DNA of 64,000 nucleotides from Jatrophihabitans sp. (GTDB lineage: Bacteria > Actinomycetota > Actinomycetes > Mycobacteriales > Jatrophihabitantaceae): the NCBI GenBank assembly GCA_025924515.1, contig JAICIE010000004.1:1228-65227 (forward strand), in the 5' to 3' direction. The notes under the pieces were generated by a model, which saw only the letters and a list, made by a program, of their open reading frames with translations, had not been told where the DNA came from and did no database searches. Shown here piece by piece: positions 54,962 to 63,907 of this stretch. Position 1 is the stretch's first letter. Each line of letters starts with the position of its first letter. The translations under genes and the position numbers were made by a program.

Positions 54962-55875
54962 GCCGGTTTCTCCTCGGCTCCCTTGCGGGCCAGTTCTTCC
55001 GCCGCCTGGACGTAGCTCACAGCGCCGCGCGAGCCCGGATCGTAGGTGATCACGGTCTGTCCGAACCCGGGCGCCTCGGAGACGCGAACGTTGCGTGGGA
55101 TTGTCGGGGCGAGGACGACATCGCCGAAGTGGGCGCGGACCTCGGCGGCGACCTGGTCGGCCAGGCGCGTGCGGCTGTCGTACATGGTCAGCAGCACGGT
55201 GGAGACGTGCAGACGCGGATTGAGCGCGTTCTTCACGAGCTCGACCGTGTTCAGCAGCTGGGCGAGCCCCTCGAGCGCGTAGTACTCGCATTGGATCGGG
55301 ATCAGAACCTCGCGGGCTGCGACGAGGGCGTTCACCGTGAGCAGACCCAGTGACGGCGGACAGTCGACAAGTACGTAATCGGGAGCGTCCGGTTCCGCGA
55401 GGCGCGTCTCGATCGCCGCGGCAAGGCGGTGCTCCCGGTGGGCCAGCGAGGTCAGCTCGATGTCAGCGCCCGCGAGGTCGAGGGTCGCTGGGACGCACTC
55501 GAGCGAGTCCGCGAGATCGACGCGCCTGGCAACCTCGCTCATCCGACGGTCCGACAGCAGCACCTCATAGCTCGACGGCGTACCGACCGGATGATCTACC
55601 CCGAGCGCAGTGCTGGCGTTACCTTGCGGATCGATGTCGACGACCAGGACCCGGAGCCCGTGTAATGCCAACGCGGCAGCCAGATTGACCGTGGTGGTGG
55701 TCTTCCCGACGCCGCCCTTCTGGTTGGCCACCGTCATCACCCGGGTAGCGGCCGGCCGGGGCCAGGCGTCCTGCCGGACGTTCAGAGCCCGCAGCGCGCG
55801 AGCCACCTCAACGGCGATCGGTGTATCGGCGAGCGTTTCACGTGAAACGGCATCCTCGATCGACAGGACGATCAC
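54958..55875 (-). CDS. parA: Chromosome partitioning ATPase ParA (Soj)
   Basis: Deviant Walker A: [18 protein letters not shown]. 305 aa. The GTGA start overlaps the rsmG stop. Confidence 0.9.
   Translation of the reverse strand: MIVLSIEDAVSRETLADTPIAVEVARALRALNVRQDAWPRPAATRVMTVANQKGGVGKTTTTVNLAAALALHGLRVLVVDIDPQGNASTALGVDHPVGTPSSYEVLLSDRRMSEVARRVDLADSLECVPATLDLAGADIELTSLAHREHRLAAAIETRLAEPDAPDYVLVDCPPSLGLLTVNALVAAREVLIPIQCEYYALEGLAQLLNTVELVKNALNPRLHVSTVLLTMYDSRTRLADQVAAEVRAHFGDVVLAPTIPRNVRVSEAPGFGQTVITYDPGSRGAVSYVQAAEELARKGAEEKPA
55834..55849. promoter_or_regulatory. parS centromere-like site (CGTTTCACGTGAAACG)
   Basis: Perfect 16-bp palindrome matching the inner 14 positions of the consensus tGTTTCACGTGAAACa. 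Embedded in the parA N-terminal coding region (encodes AVSRET). Confidence 0.8.
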
Positions 55876-56546
55876 CTTCCTCCGCGGCTTGTGACGATCA
55901 CGACCTGGGTGGGGACCGTCAGTTCGCGGCCGCAGGAAACGACGTCGACGGCACCGATTCGCCGTCGGGTCGCGCTGCTCAAGGCCGCCACCTCACTCGC
56001 TGCGCGGTCGCCCTTCAGCGCGAGAAGCCGCCCACCGGATCCGAGCAGCGGCAAGGTCCATCGGACGAGTCTGTCAAGAGAAGCGACCGCGCGCGCGACA
56101 ATCACCGGCGCGCCGCCGACAACTGCACGAACGGCCGGGTCCTCGGCTCTGCCACGGATCACCCGAAATCGTCCCACAACCGACAAATCCGCCAGGACGT
56201 CCTCGAGAAACCCGACTCGACGCTGCAGCGGCTCGACGAGATCGACCCGAAGGGCGGGGCAGGTGATCGCGAGCGGGATCCCGGGAAGCCCTGCACCGGC
56301 ACCGACATCGACGATGCGATCGATGCTGCCGAGGAGTTCGGCGACGGCCGCGCAGTTCAAGAGATGCCGCTCCCAGAGGCGCGGCACCTCCCGCGGTCCG
56401 ATCAGGCCGCGTTGTACGCCCGGGCCGGCAAGCCAGTCGGCGTAGCGACGCGCCAGCGCGCCTCGTCCGTCCTCGTCCGGGAAGTAGCGCTGCGCGACCG
56501 GAGGGGGCGCCGGCACAGCGAGCGCGGCCCGAGCCGGGTCGGTCAC
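55872..56546 (-). CDS. rsmG: 16S rRNA (guanine527-N7)-methyltransferase
   Basis: VVDVGAGAGLPGIPLA SAM motif. Conserved position between jag and parA. 224 aa. Confidence 0.9.
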   Translation of the reverse strand: MTDPARAALAVPAPPPVAQRYFPDEDGRGALARRYADWLAGPGVQRGLIGPREVPRLWERHLLNCAAVAELLGSIDRIVDVGAGAGLPGIPLAITCPALRVDLVEPLQRRVGFLEDVLADLSVVGRFRVIRGRAEDPAVRAVVGGAPVIVARAVASLDRLVRWTLPLLGSGGRLLALKGDRAASEVAALSSATRRRIGAVDVVSCGRELTVPTQVVIVTSRGGR

Positions 56547-57160
56547 TGCGCGAGCAGGACCACAACCCGTCGGTTCGGCTCCTCACCCTCCGATTCGCTC
56601 CGAACGCCGTCGATGCCGGTGATGGTGTCGTGGACGACCTTGCGTTCGAATGGGTTCATCGGGGCCAGTCGCGCCGGCTCCTGAGCGTCAATGACCCGCT
56701 CGGCGGTGGCGCGCGCGAGAGCGGCCAGTTCCTGCCGGCGGTTGTTGCGGTGGCCGCTGATGTCCAGCATCAATCGGCTGCGGACGCCGGTCTTCTGTTG
56801 CACCGCCAACCGGGTCAGCTCCTGCAGCGCGTCGAGAGTCTCTCCCCGGGGCCCGATCAGCGATTGTAGGCGGGTGCCGACGACGGCGACGACTGCGCGG
56901 TCGTTCTCCACATCCAGATCGATGTCGCCGTCGTAGTCGACGATGTCGAGCAGCCGCTCGAGATAGTCGGCGGCGATGTCGCCCTCGCGCACCAGCAGGT
57001 CGCTACCGCGATCCTCCTCGGCAGCCCGATCCTGCTCGGCACCGCGATCCTCCTCGGCACCGCGATCCAGGTCCGCACCGCGATCATCCTCGGCACCGCG
57101 ATCCAGGTCCGCACCGCCGGCATCGTCGGCAGGTCCCGCAGCAACGTCGGCGTCACTCAC
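56543..57160 (-). CDS. jag: Jag/KhpB-type R3H + KH RNA-binding protein with acidic hexapeptide-repeat N-terminus
   Basis: C-terminal R3H region: NPFERKVVHDTITGIDGVRSESEGEEPNRRVVV. Conserved position after yidC. The N-terminus carries (A/G)(E/D)xDRG repeats. Confidence 0.85.
   Translation of the reverse strand: MSDADVAAGPADDAGGADLDRGAEDDRGADLDRGAEEDRGAEQDRAAEEDRGSDLLVREGDIAADYLERLLDIVDYDGDIDLDVENDRAVVAVVGTRLQSLIGPRGETLDALQELTRLAVQQKTGVRSRLMLDISGHRNNRRQELAALARATAERVIDAQEPARLAPMNPFERKVVHDTITGIDGVRSESEGEEPNRRVVVLLAQ
57005..57130. repeat. Seven imperfect in-frame tandem copies of an 18-bp unit (ACCGCGATCCTCCTCGGC-like) inside jag
   Basis: Units read directly at 57005, 57023, 57041, 57059, 57077, 57095 and 57113. 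They encode AEEDRG/ADLDRG hexapeptides on the minus strand. Confidence 0.85.
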
Positions 57161-57236
57161 GGCAGCGTCGTCCTTTCCTTAGTCTCATTCAGAAGATCTG
57201 CGGCCGGCGGTCTGTGCGACCGCGCGCGCCGAGAGC

Positions 57237-58301
57237 TCAGCGGCGCTTCTTGGCCTGGCTCGGTCGGTTGCCCGGCGGGCGCTTGCCGGCCGGCCGGGCC
57301 GGGCGCTGACCGGGGCGGGGGGCATTGCGGGACAGCGGTGCGGCGCCGGTAGCGGCCGGGGCGGTGTCCTCGGTTGCGGTCGGCGCGGCGGCCGGGAACT
57401 TGGTCAGCGAGGTGGCGCCACGAGGTCCGCGCACCGGCTTCGCGCCGGGCGGCGGCTTGAGCGCCTCGTTGCCCAACGGCCGCTCCGCGCTGGCCTCGGC
57501 GGGCTTCTGCGGGTGGTACTTGTTGATGTAGAGCTGCTGGAACATGGTCCAGGTGTTGCTGGCGAACCAATAGATCAGCACACCGAGCGGGAAAAACAGG
57601 CCGGAGCCCAGCGTGAACAGCGGGATCGCGTAGAGCATCAGCCGCTGCACGGTGGCGGCCGTGCCCTCGGGCTGGGTCATCATGCCGGCGCGGGCGAGCC
57701 GCTGGGTGGTGAAGGTAGCCCCCGCGCTGATCAGAACGAGGACGAGGATGGTCGCGGACAGCGTCGCGCGGGTGCCGCCGAGCTGCTGAAGAAGAAGATT
57801 GCTGTCGAGCAGCCGGCCTGCCAACGGCGCGCCGCCGAACAGGCGCGCGGACGCAGCATCGTGAGTCTGCTCCGCGGTGAAGCTGTACAGGGTCAGGATC
57901 CGGTCGCTCGGGTGCTCCACCAGACCGGTGTTCGCGATGTGCCGCAGCACGTGGTACAGCGCAATGAAGATCGGGAACTGCAGGAACAGCGGGAGACACC
58001 CGGACAGCGGGTTGAAGCCTTCCTCCTGCTGCAAGGCCATCATCTCGCGCTGCATCGCGGCGCGGTCGTCCTTGTACTTCTCGCGGATCTTCTGCAGCCG
58101 CGGCTGCATCATCTGCATGTGGCGCTGGTACTTGACCTGCTTGACAAAGAGCCGGAACAGAAGCAGCCGCGCAGTGATCACCAGGAAGATGATCGACAGC
58201 GCCCAGTTGAGCCCGCCGGCCTTGTCCAGCCCGATAGCCGTGAACAACTGGTGCCAGCGCAGCAGCACCCACGAGACGGCGGTGTAGAGGACGTCGAGCA
58301 C
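57237..58301 (-). CDS. yidC: Membrane protein insertase YidC
   Basis: ORF 57237..58424 trimmed to GTG 58301, which is preceded by AGGAG. Contains MQPRLQKIREKYKDDRAAMQREMMALQQEEGFNPLSGCLPLFLQFPIF. Basic C-terminal tail. Confidence 0.9.
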   Translation of the reverse strand: MLDVLYTAVSWVLLRWHQLFTAIGLDKAGGLNWALSIIFLVITARLLLFRLFVKQVKYQRHMQMMQPRLQKIREKYKDDRAAMQREMMALQQEEGFNPLSGCLPLFLQFPIFIALYHVLRHIANTGLVEHPSDRILTLYSFTAEQTHDAASARLFGGAPLAGRLLDSNLLLQQLGGTRATLSATILVLVLISAGATFTTQRLARAGMMTQPEGTAATVQRLMLYAIPLFTLGSGLFFPLGVLIYWFASNTWTMFQQLYINKYHPQKPAEASAERPLGNEALKPPPGAKPVRGPRGATSLTKFPAAAPTATEDTAPAATGAAPLSRNAPRPGQRPARPAGKRPPGNRPSQAKKRR

Positions 58302-58311
58302 GAAAGATCTC

Positions 58312-58623
58312 CTAGGCGGCCGGCCGCGCCGACCGGATCGAACGCGCAGCCGGTCGACCGGCAGGCGCGGCTGTGCCAACTGCAGGCTCAACGGCGAGCG
58401 GCACGGGATCGTGCCCGCCCGCATGGAACGGGTGACACCGCAACAGCCGCCGGATGGCCAGCCAGCCGCCCCGGACCAGGCCGAACCGGTCGATCGCCTC
58501 GGCGGCGTAAGCGCTGCAGGTGGGTCGGTAGCGACAGGTGGGCAGACGTAGCGGGCTGATCCCCGTCCGGTAGACCTCGATCAGCGCTACCGCGATCCGC
58601 CGCGGTTGCCAGCCGGAGGTCAT
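58312..58623 (-). CDS. yidD: Membrane protein insertion efficiency factor YidD
   Basis: ORF 58312..58896 trimmed to ATG 58623. Contains [35 protein letters not shown] overlap with the rnpA stop. Confidence 0.85.
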   Translation of the reverse strand: MTSGWQPRRIAVALIEVYRTGISPLRLPTCRYRPTCSAYAAEAIDRFGLVRGGWLAIRRLLRCHPFHAGGHDPVPLAVEPAVGTAAPAGRPAARSIRSARPAA

Positions 58624-58976
58624 CGCCGACGGTCCGCTCTGCGGCCCAGCGCCGCCGGCAGGGCTGCGTCGAGATCCGCGCCGAGCACCGCCGACGACGC
58701 GGTCGCGGCCTCCGGGAGGGCGCGCACGACGATGCCGGTGCCCGGCGGGAGCGCTGCGAGCCGCGCGGCGAGCTGGGCCCGCAACCGGCGGGTGACCCGG
58801 TGCCGGGTGACACTGTTGCCCACGGAGCGGGCGACGATCAGACCGAGGTGCGGCTGCGACCCGGTCAGCCCGGAGCGGGCGTGCACCACCAGGCATCCGC
58901 GGCGGCTCCGGGCGCCCCAGCGCAGCACCGCGGCGAACTCACCGGATCGCCGCATGCGATACGCCGGCGACAGCAC
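58620..58976 (-). CDS. rnpA: Ribonuclease P protein component
   Basis: ORF 58620..59375 trimmed to GTG 58976 ([17 protein letters not shown]...[23 protein letters not shown]). Conserved position after rpmH. Confidence 0.85.
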   Translation of the reverse strand: MLSPAYRMRRSGEFAAVLRWGARSRRGCLVVHARSGLTGSQPHLGLIVARSVGNSVTRHRVTRRLRAQLAARLAALPPGTGIVVRALPEAATASSAVLGADLDAALPAALGRRADRRR

Positions 58977-58996
58977 GGACGGCGAGGCGACGGCGC

Positions 58997-59134
58997 TCAG
59001 GCGGAAAGCTCGCGACGACCCTTGCGGCGCCGCGCGGAGACGATGGCCCGCCCGGCACGGGTGCGCATGCGCAGCCGGAAACCGTGCGTCTTCGCACGCC
59101 GTCGGTTGTTCGGCTGGAAGGTGCGCTTGCTCAC
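58997..59134 (-). CDS. rpmH: 50S ribosomal protein L34
   Basis: Below the ORF-track size cutoff. Manual translation: [45 protein letters not shown] (45 aa). GGAG lies upstream of GTG 59134. Confidence 0.95.
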   Translation of the reverse strand: MSKRTFQPNNRRRAKTHGFRLRMRTRAGRAIVSARRRKGRRELSA

Positions 59135-59616
59135 GGTGGAACTCCATCACTCGAAATCGTCGGGCCTGCGCCGACACCGCGCGCCGGATGCGGCCGCGCC
59201 GGGACAGGCGAGGAGGCGCTGCGCGTCCAGGAGCGGACGCGCAGCCGCACACGTCCTCCCGAGGGTACGGATTCGCGTCCAGGCGGGTCAAACCACTCCC
59301 GTCCTGCGGGCCGGCGCTTCGTCGGCGCAACGGAGGTTGTTTCCGGCGAAGACAGCTCTTCAGCGGGCCCGACACCAGCCGTCCGCAGGCTTCCGGCCGA
59401 CACGCCGCCCCCTATTGTCGGAGCGGCGCAGACGCTGTTAGGTTCGCCGACCGTGCCCGTCGCCGTCGTCGGCCGGCGTCGACAGTCGACGGTGACAGCG
59501 GCCGTCTTCGCCGAGCAGGCCTGCCGGGTCCGTGGTGCCGCCACGCATGCACAGCCTGTGCAGAACTCTGTGGGAATCGCGAACCGCACTGACCATGTCC
59601 TGGCGAGGACCGCGGG

Positions 59617-61149
59617 ATGACGACCGACTTCGGGAGTGATCGCACGATGGATGACAGCCGGGACGAGGCTCTGCTCGACCTCCCGATCGTGTGGGAACGG
59701 GTCAAGACCCACTTCGACGACGCGGGGATCCGTCCGCAACACCGTGCCTGGCTGAGCCTCACCCGGCCCCTCGGACTGGTGGCCGACACCGCGCTGCTGG
59801 CGGCTCCGAACGAGTTCGCCCGGGAGTACCTCGACAGCCGGCTGCGAGCGGACCTCGCGAACACGCTGAGTGCGGAGTTCGGCCGAGAGATCCAGGTGGC
59901 CTTCACGGTGCGCACGGGCGAGGACCAGGGGGACGGCGATCCGGGCGGTCCGTCCGCCCCGCCCGGCGACGTGTTCGACGCGGACCCGTACGCGAGCCCC
60001 GGCTACTCCGGCAACGGCTACAACCCGGCCGGCTATGCGGCGTCGACCTGGTCGCCGCGCCCCGCCGAGGCGCCGGCGGGATCGGTGAACGAGCGCCGAC
60101 CTGCCGCGAACGACCGCGACGCCCGGCTGAACCCCAAGTACACCTTCGACACCTTCGTCATCGGATCGAGCAACCGCTTCACGCACGCGGCCGCGGTGGC
60201 CGTGGCCGAAGCTCCGGCGAAGGCGTACAACCCGTTGTTCATCTACGGCGACTCGGGTCTGGGCAAGACGCACCTGCTGCACGCCATCGGGCACTACGCG
60301 CAGCGGCTACAGCCAGGGCTGCGGACCCGCTACGTGTCCAGCGAGGAGTTCACCAACGACTTCATCAACTCCGTGCGTGACGACAAGATGCACACGTTCC
60401 AGTCGCGCTACCGCTCCGTCGACGTCCTGCTGATCGACGACATCCAGTTCCTCGAGCGCGCCGAGCGCACGCAGGAGGAGTTCTTCCACACCTTCAACAC
60501 CCTGCACAACGCGAACAAGCAGATCGTGATCAGCTCGGACAAGGCGCCGCGGCAGCTGTCCAGCCTCGAGGATCGGCTGCGCACGCGGTTCGAGTGGGGC
60601 TTGATCAGCGACGTGCAGGCGCCGGACCTCGAGACCCGGATCGCCATCCTGCGGAAGAAGGCAGCCCAGGAAGGGATGAACCTGCCTCCGGAGGTCCTGG
60701 AGTTCATCGCGTCGCGGATCCAGAGCAACATCCGCGAGCTCGAGGGCGCGCTCATCCGCGTGACCGCCTTCGCCAGCCTGAACCGGCAGAACGTCGACCT
60801 GGCGCTGACCGAGACGGTCCTCAAGGACCTGGTCGGTGAGTCGGACGCGCCCGAGATCAGCGCGGCCACGATCATGGCGGTGACCGCCGAGTACTTCGCG
60901 ATCTCCATGGACGAGCTGACCGGGACCTCGCGCAGCCGAGTGCTGGTGCAAGCGCGGCAGATCGCGATGTATCTCTGCCGCGAGCTCACCGACCTGTCCC
61001 TGCCCCGGATCGGCGACAAGTTCGGCCGCGACCACACCACCGTTCTGCACGCCGAGCGCAAGATCAAGGATCAGATGGCGGAGAAGCGGGCGGTCTACAA
61101 CCAGATCACCGAGCTCACCAGCAGGATCAAGGTGCGGTCACGTACGTGA
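59617..61149 (+). CDS. dnaA: Chromosomal replication initiator DnaA
   Basis: AAA+ Walker A (GDSGLGKTHLLHAIG), box VII, and the domain IV signature RDHTTVLHAERKI. Low-complexity domain II. The start could be ATG 59617 or ATG 59647. Confidence 0.95.
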   Translation: MTTDFGSDRTMDDSRDEALLDLPIVWERVKTHFDDAGIRPQHRAWLSLTRPLGLVADTALLAAPNEFAREYLDSRLRADLANTLSAEFGREIQVAFTVRTGEDQGDGDPGGPSAPPGDVFDADPYASPGYSGNGYNPAGYAASTWSPRPAEAPAGSVNERRPAANDRDARLNPKYTFDTFVIGSSNRFTHAAAVAVAEAPAKAYNPLFIYGDSGLGKTHLLHAIGHYAQRLQPGLRTRYVSSEEFTNDFINSVRDDKMHTFQSRYRSVDVLLIDDIQFLERAERTQEEFFHTFNTLHNANKQIVISSDKAPRQLSSLEDRLRTRFEWGLISDVQAPDLETRIAILRKKAAQEGMNLPPEVLEFIASRIQSNIRELEGALIRVTAFASLNRQNVDLALTETVLKDLVGESDAPEISAATIMAVTAEYFAISMDELTGTSRSRVLVQARQIAMYLCRELTDLSLPRIGDKFGRDHTTVLHAERKIKDQMAEKRAVYNQITELTSRIKVRSRT

Positions 61150-61450
61150 GGACCGGGCTGTGGACCTCGACACGGGTTCTGCGGGCCGAGCTGTGCACAA
61201 CCTTTCCGGCACCTCGCTCGTGCACCGCCGCGGCTCTCGAACGGTCCGGCCGTCCCCGTCCTCGTCCACAACGTCGTCGCCCGCACCAGCTAGCCTTCGC
61301 GGGGTTGTACACAACTTCCACAGCCCCGAAGACGAAGGACGAACAGTTCTTCTCCTTCGATGAACAACCACGACAACTGCAGGCCGGTGGATCCTGGGGA
61401 TCCGGGACGCGACACCGTACGAGAAGGTTCATCGGCGGAGGAGGACGACT
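61150..61450. other. Probable oriC (dnaA-dnaN intergenic region) with DnaA-box-like 9-mers
   Basis: Boxes relative to actinobacterial TTGTCCACA: TTGTGCACA (61192..61200, reverse), TCGTCCACA (61262..61270), TTGTACACA (61305..61313) and AGGTCCACA (61159..61167, reverse). A comparatively AT-rich stretch at about 61331..61375 may be the unwinding element. Confidence 0.6.
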
Positions 61451-62593
61451 ATGAAGTTCCGCGTCGAACGTGACGCGCTGGCCGACGCGGTGGCCTGGGC
61501 CGCCCGCAGCCTGTCCACCCGTCCCACCATTCCCGTCCTCGCCGGCCTGCTGCTCACGGTCAAGGCCGAACAGCTGTCGATCTCCGGCTTCGACCTGGAG
61601 GCCTCGACCGAGGTCGACCTCGAGGTCAGTGCCGGCGCCGACGGACAGGCCCTCGTCTCCGGACGCCTGCTCGCCGACATCACCAAGGCGCTCCCCCCGC
61701 ACCCGGTCGACGTCACCGTCGACGGCGCCCGCCTGACCATCAGCTGCGGCTCCGCGCGATTCACGCTGCCGACGATGCCGGTCGAGGACTACCCCTCCCT
61801 GCCGGCGATGCCGTCGACGGCAGGCACCGTGTCGAGCCCCGAGTTCGCGGCCGCGGTGGCCCAGGTGGCGATCGCCGCCGGCCGAGATGACACCCTCCCG
61901 ATGCTGACCGGTGTCCGGCTCGAGATCGACGGCAGCCGGCTCACCCTGGCGGCCACCGACCGGTACCGGTTAGCGGTACGCGAGCTGACCTGGACGCCCG
62001 AAGATCCGGCCGCCGACGCGCAGGTGCTGGTGCCGGCGCGCACGCTCGCCGACGCCGCGCGCAGCCTGTCGCACAGCGAGACGATGACCATCTCGCTGGC
62101 GCGCAACGTGGCCGGCGGCGGCGAGGGGATCATCGGCTTCACCGGAACCACCAACGGCCGGGCCAGCCGGGCGACGACCCGCCTGCTCGACGCCACCTTC
62201 CCCGCCTACCGCTCGCTGTTGCCGGCCGATTGGTCCTCCCGCGCCGACGTCGAGGTCGAGAGCCTGGTCGCGGCCGTGCGCCGCGTTGCCCTGGTCGCCG
62301 ACCGCAACGCCCCCGTCCGGCTCGAGTTCGCGGAGCGCACCTTGTCGCTCAGCGCCGGCGGCGAGGACGAAGGCCGCGCGGAGGAGCAGTTGCAGGTCGA
62401 GTACGAAGGCGAAACGATCACGACCGCCTTCAATCCGCAGTTCCTGCTCGACGGTCTCGGCGCGCTGCCCACGCCGACGGCGCGGCTGCAGTTCACGTCG
62501 GCGAACAAGCCGGTGGTGCTGCGCCCGGAGCAGTCCGCGAACGAGCAGTCGGACTATACCTACCTGATCATGCCGGTGCGGCTGCCCGGCTGA
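61451..62593 (+). CDS. dnaN: DNA polymerase III beta sliding clamp
   Basis: MKFRVERDALADAVAWAARSL...PVLAGLLL...ATDRYRLA...YLIMPVRL. Strong RBS (GGAGGAGG). Confidence 0.95.
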   Translation: MKFRVERDALADAVAWAARSLSTRPTIPVLAGLLLTVKAEQLSISGFDLEASTEVDLEVSAGADGQALVSGRLLADITKALPPHPVDVTVDGARLTISCGSARFTLPTMPVEDYPSLPAMPSTAGTVSSPEFAAAVAQVAIAAGRDDTLPMLTGVRLEIDGSRLTLAATDRYRLAVRELTWTPEDPAADAQVLVPARTLADAARSLSHSETMTISLARNVAGGGEGIIGFTGTTNGRASRATTRLLDATFPAYRSLLPADWSSRADVEVESLVAAVRRVALVADRNAPVRLEFAERTLSLSAGGEDEGRAEEQLQVEYEGETITTAFNPQFLLDGLGALPTPTARLQFTSANKPVVLRPEQSANEQSDYTYLIMPVRLPG

Positions 62594-62611
62594 TCGGGCC
62601 GCCCTTCGCCG

Positions 62612-63763
62612 ATGTACGTGCGCGCTCTGGATGTGACCGACTTCCGCAGCTGGTCGGCCGCCGAGCTACCCCTGGTGCCGGGACCCTGCGTCCTGGTGGG
62701 GGCCAACGGCCAGGGCAAGACCAACCTGGTCGAGGCTCTGGGGTATGTCGCGACGCTGAGCAGCCACCGGGTCGCCACCGACGCCCCGCTGATCCGCGCC
62801 GGCGCGGAGCGGGCGGTCGTGCGGTGCGCGGTCGTCTCAGAGGACCGCGAGCTGCGCATCGAGCTCGAGATCACCGCCGGCCGCAGCAACCGCGCCCGCC
62901 TCAACGGCGCGCCGGTCCCGCGGCCGCGCGAGATTCTCGGCGCCCTGCGGGTCGTGCAGTTCGCGCCGGAGGATCTCGCCATCGTGCGCGGAGATCCCGG
63001 GGAGCGGCGCCGCTTCCTCGACGAGCTGGTCGTGGCCCGGTCGCCCCGCATGGCGGGGGTGCGCAGCGACCTTGACCGCATCCTGCGCCAGCGGGCCGCG
63101 CTGTTGAAGTCCGCCGGCCCGGCCCGGCGCAACGCGGGATCCCTCCCGACCCTCGACGTCTGGGACGCGCAGCTCGCGGCGACCGGCGCGGCGCTGACGG
63201 TCGCCCGCCTGGCGGCCCTTCGGACCCTGCGCCCGCACGCCGGTGCCGCCTACGCGGCACTGGCACCCACCGGCGGAGAGCTGGCCCTGGGCTACTCGAG
63301 CTCACTCAGCGCCGCGCTGCCGGAGTTGGCGGCGCCCGACGCCGACCCGGACGAGGCGGCGCTGGAAAGCGCGCTGCTCGCCGAGCTGGGACGAGTGCGC
63401 ACGCAGGAGCTGGACCGCGGCGTCAACCTCGTCGGTCCCCAGCGGGACGATCTCGAGCTCTCGCTGCGGGGGCTGCCGCTGCGCGGCTACGCCAGCCACG
63501 GGGAGGGGTGGTCGGCCGCGCTGGCGCTGCGGCTCGCCACTTTCGAGCTGCTGCGCGACGAACATCCGTCCGGCTCGGACCCGGTCCTCGTCCTCGACGA
63601 CGTGTTCGCGGAACTGGACAGCGCGCGTCGTGACCATCTGGCGCTGGTCGCCAGCAAGGCCGAGCAGGCGGTCGTGACCGCCGCGGTGGCGGCGGACGTG
63701 CCGGAGCAGCTTCAGGGGGCCCAGTACGAGATTGCGGGGGGAACGGTGCGCCGTGTCCGCTGA
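62612..63763 (+). CDS. recF: DNA replication and repair protein RecF
   Basis: [14 protein letters not shown]...[16 protein letters not shown] (Walker A)...[11 protein letters not shown] (Walker B). Confidence 0.95.
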   Translation: MYVRALDVTDFRSWSAAELPLVPGPCVLVGANGQGKTNLVEALGYVATLSSHRVATDAPLIRAGAERAVVRCAVVSEDRELRIELEITAGRSNRARLNGAPVPRPREILGALRVVQFAPEDLAIVRGDPGERRRFLDELVVARSPRMAGVRSDLDRILRQRAALLKSAGPARRNAGSLPTLDVWDAQLAATGAALTVARLAALRTLRPHAGAAYAALAPTGGELALGYSSSLSAALPELAAPDADPDEAALESALLAELGRVRTQELDRGVNLVGPQRDDLELSLRGLPLRGYASHGEGWSAALALRLATFELLRDEHPSGSDPVLVLDDVFAELDSARRDHLALVASKAEQAVVTAAVAADVPEQLQGAQYEIAGGTVRRVR

Positions 63764-63839
63764 CGGAATTCCCGGAGAGAAGGGGCGCGTGTCAACACCG
63801 CGTGAGGTCCCGGGCACCTCCGAGCGCTCTTCCGGGCCG

Positions 63840-63907
63840 TCATCCACAACTTTCGGTGGAAAACGTATTGTTTCTGTGGATAACATTTCGGGTGAGCTTG
63901 TGGATAA
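63840..63907. promoter_or_regulatory. Cluster of three DnaA boxes in an AT-rich island downstream of recF
   Basis: TCATCCACA (63840..63848, forward). Two perfect TTATCCACA boxes lie on the reverse strand, read as TGTGGATAA at 63875..63883 and 63899..63907. My manual count gives about 43% GC for 63851..63910. Confidence 0.65.

Noticed and set aside
57005-57130. The 18-bp tandem repeats as a CRISPR-like array or an intergenic minisatellite.
   Set aside because: The units are contiguous with no spacers, in frame, and lie inside the jag coding sequence. No cas genes are present.
63753-63899. GTG 63753 as the start of the DUF721-like gene, overlapping the recF end.
   Set aside because: Third-codon-position G+C over 63753..63899 is only about 55% by my count, versus about 90% after 63900. 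The stretch contains the AT-rich DnaA-box island, so it is more likely intergenic.
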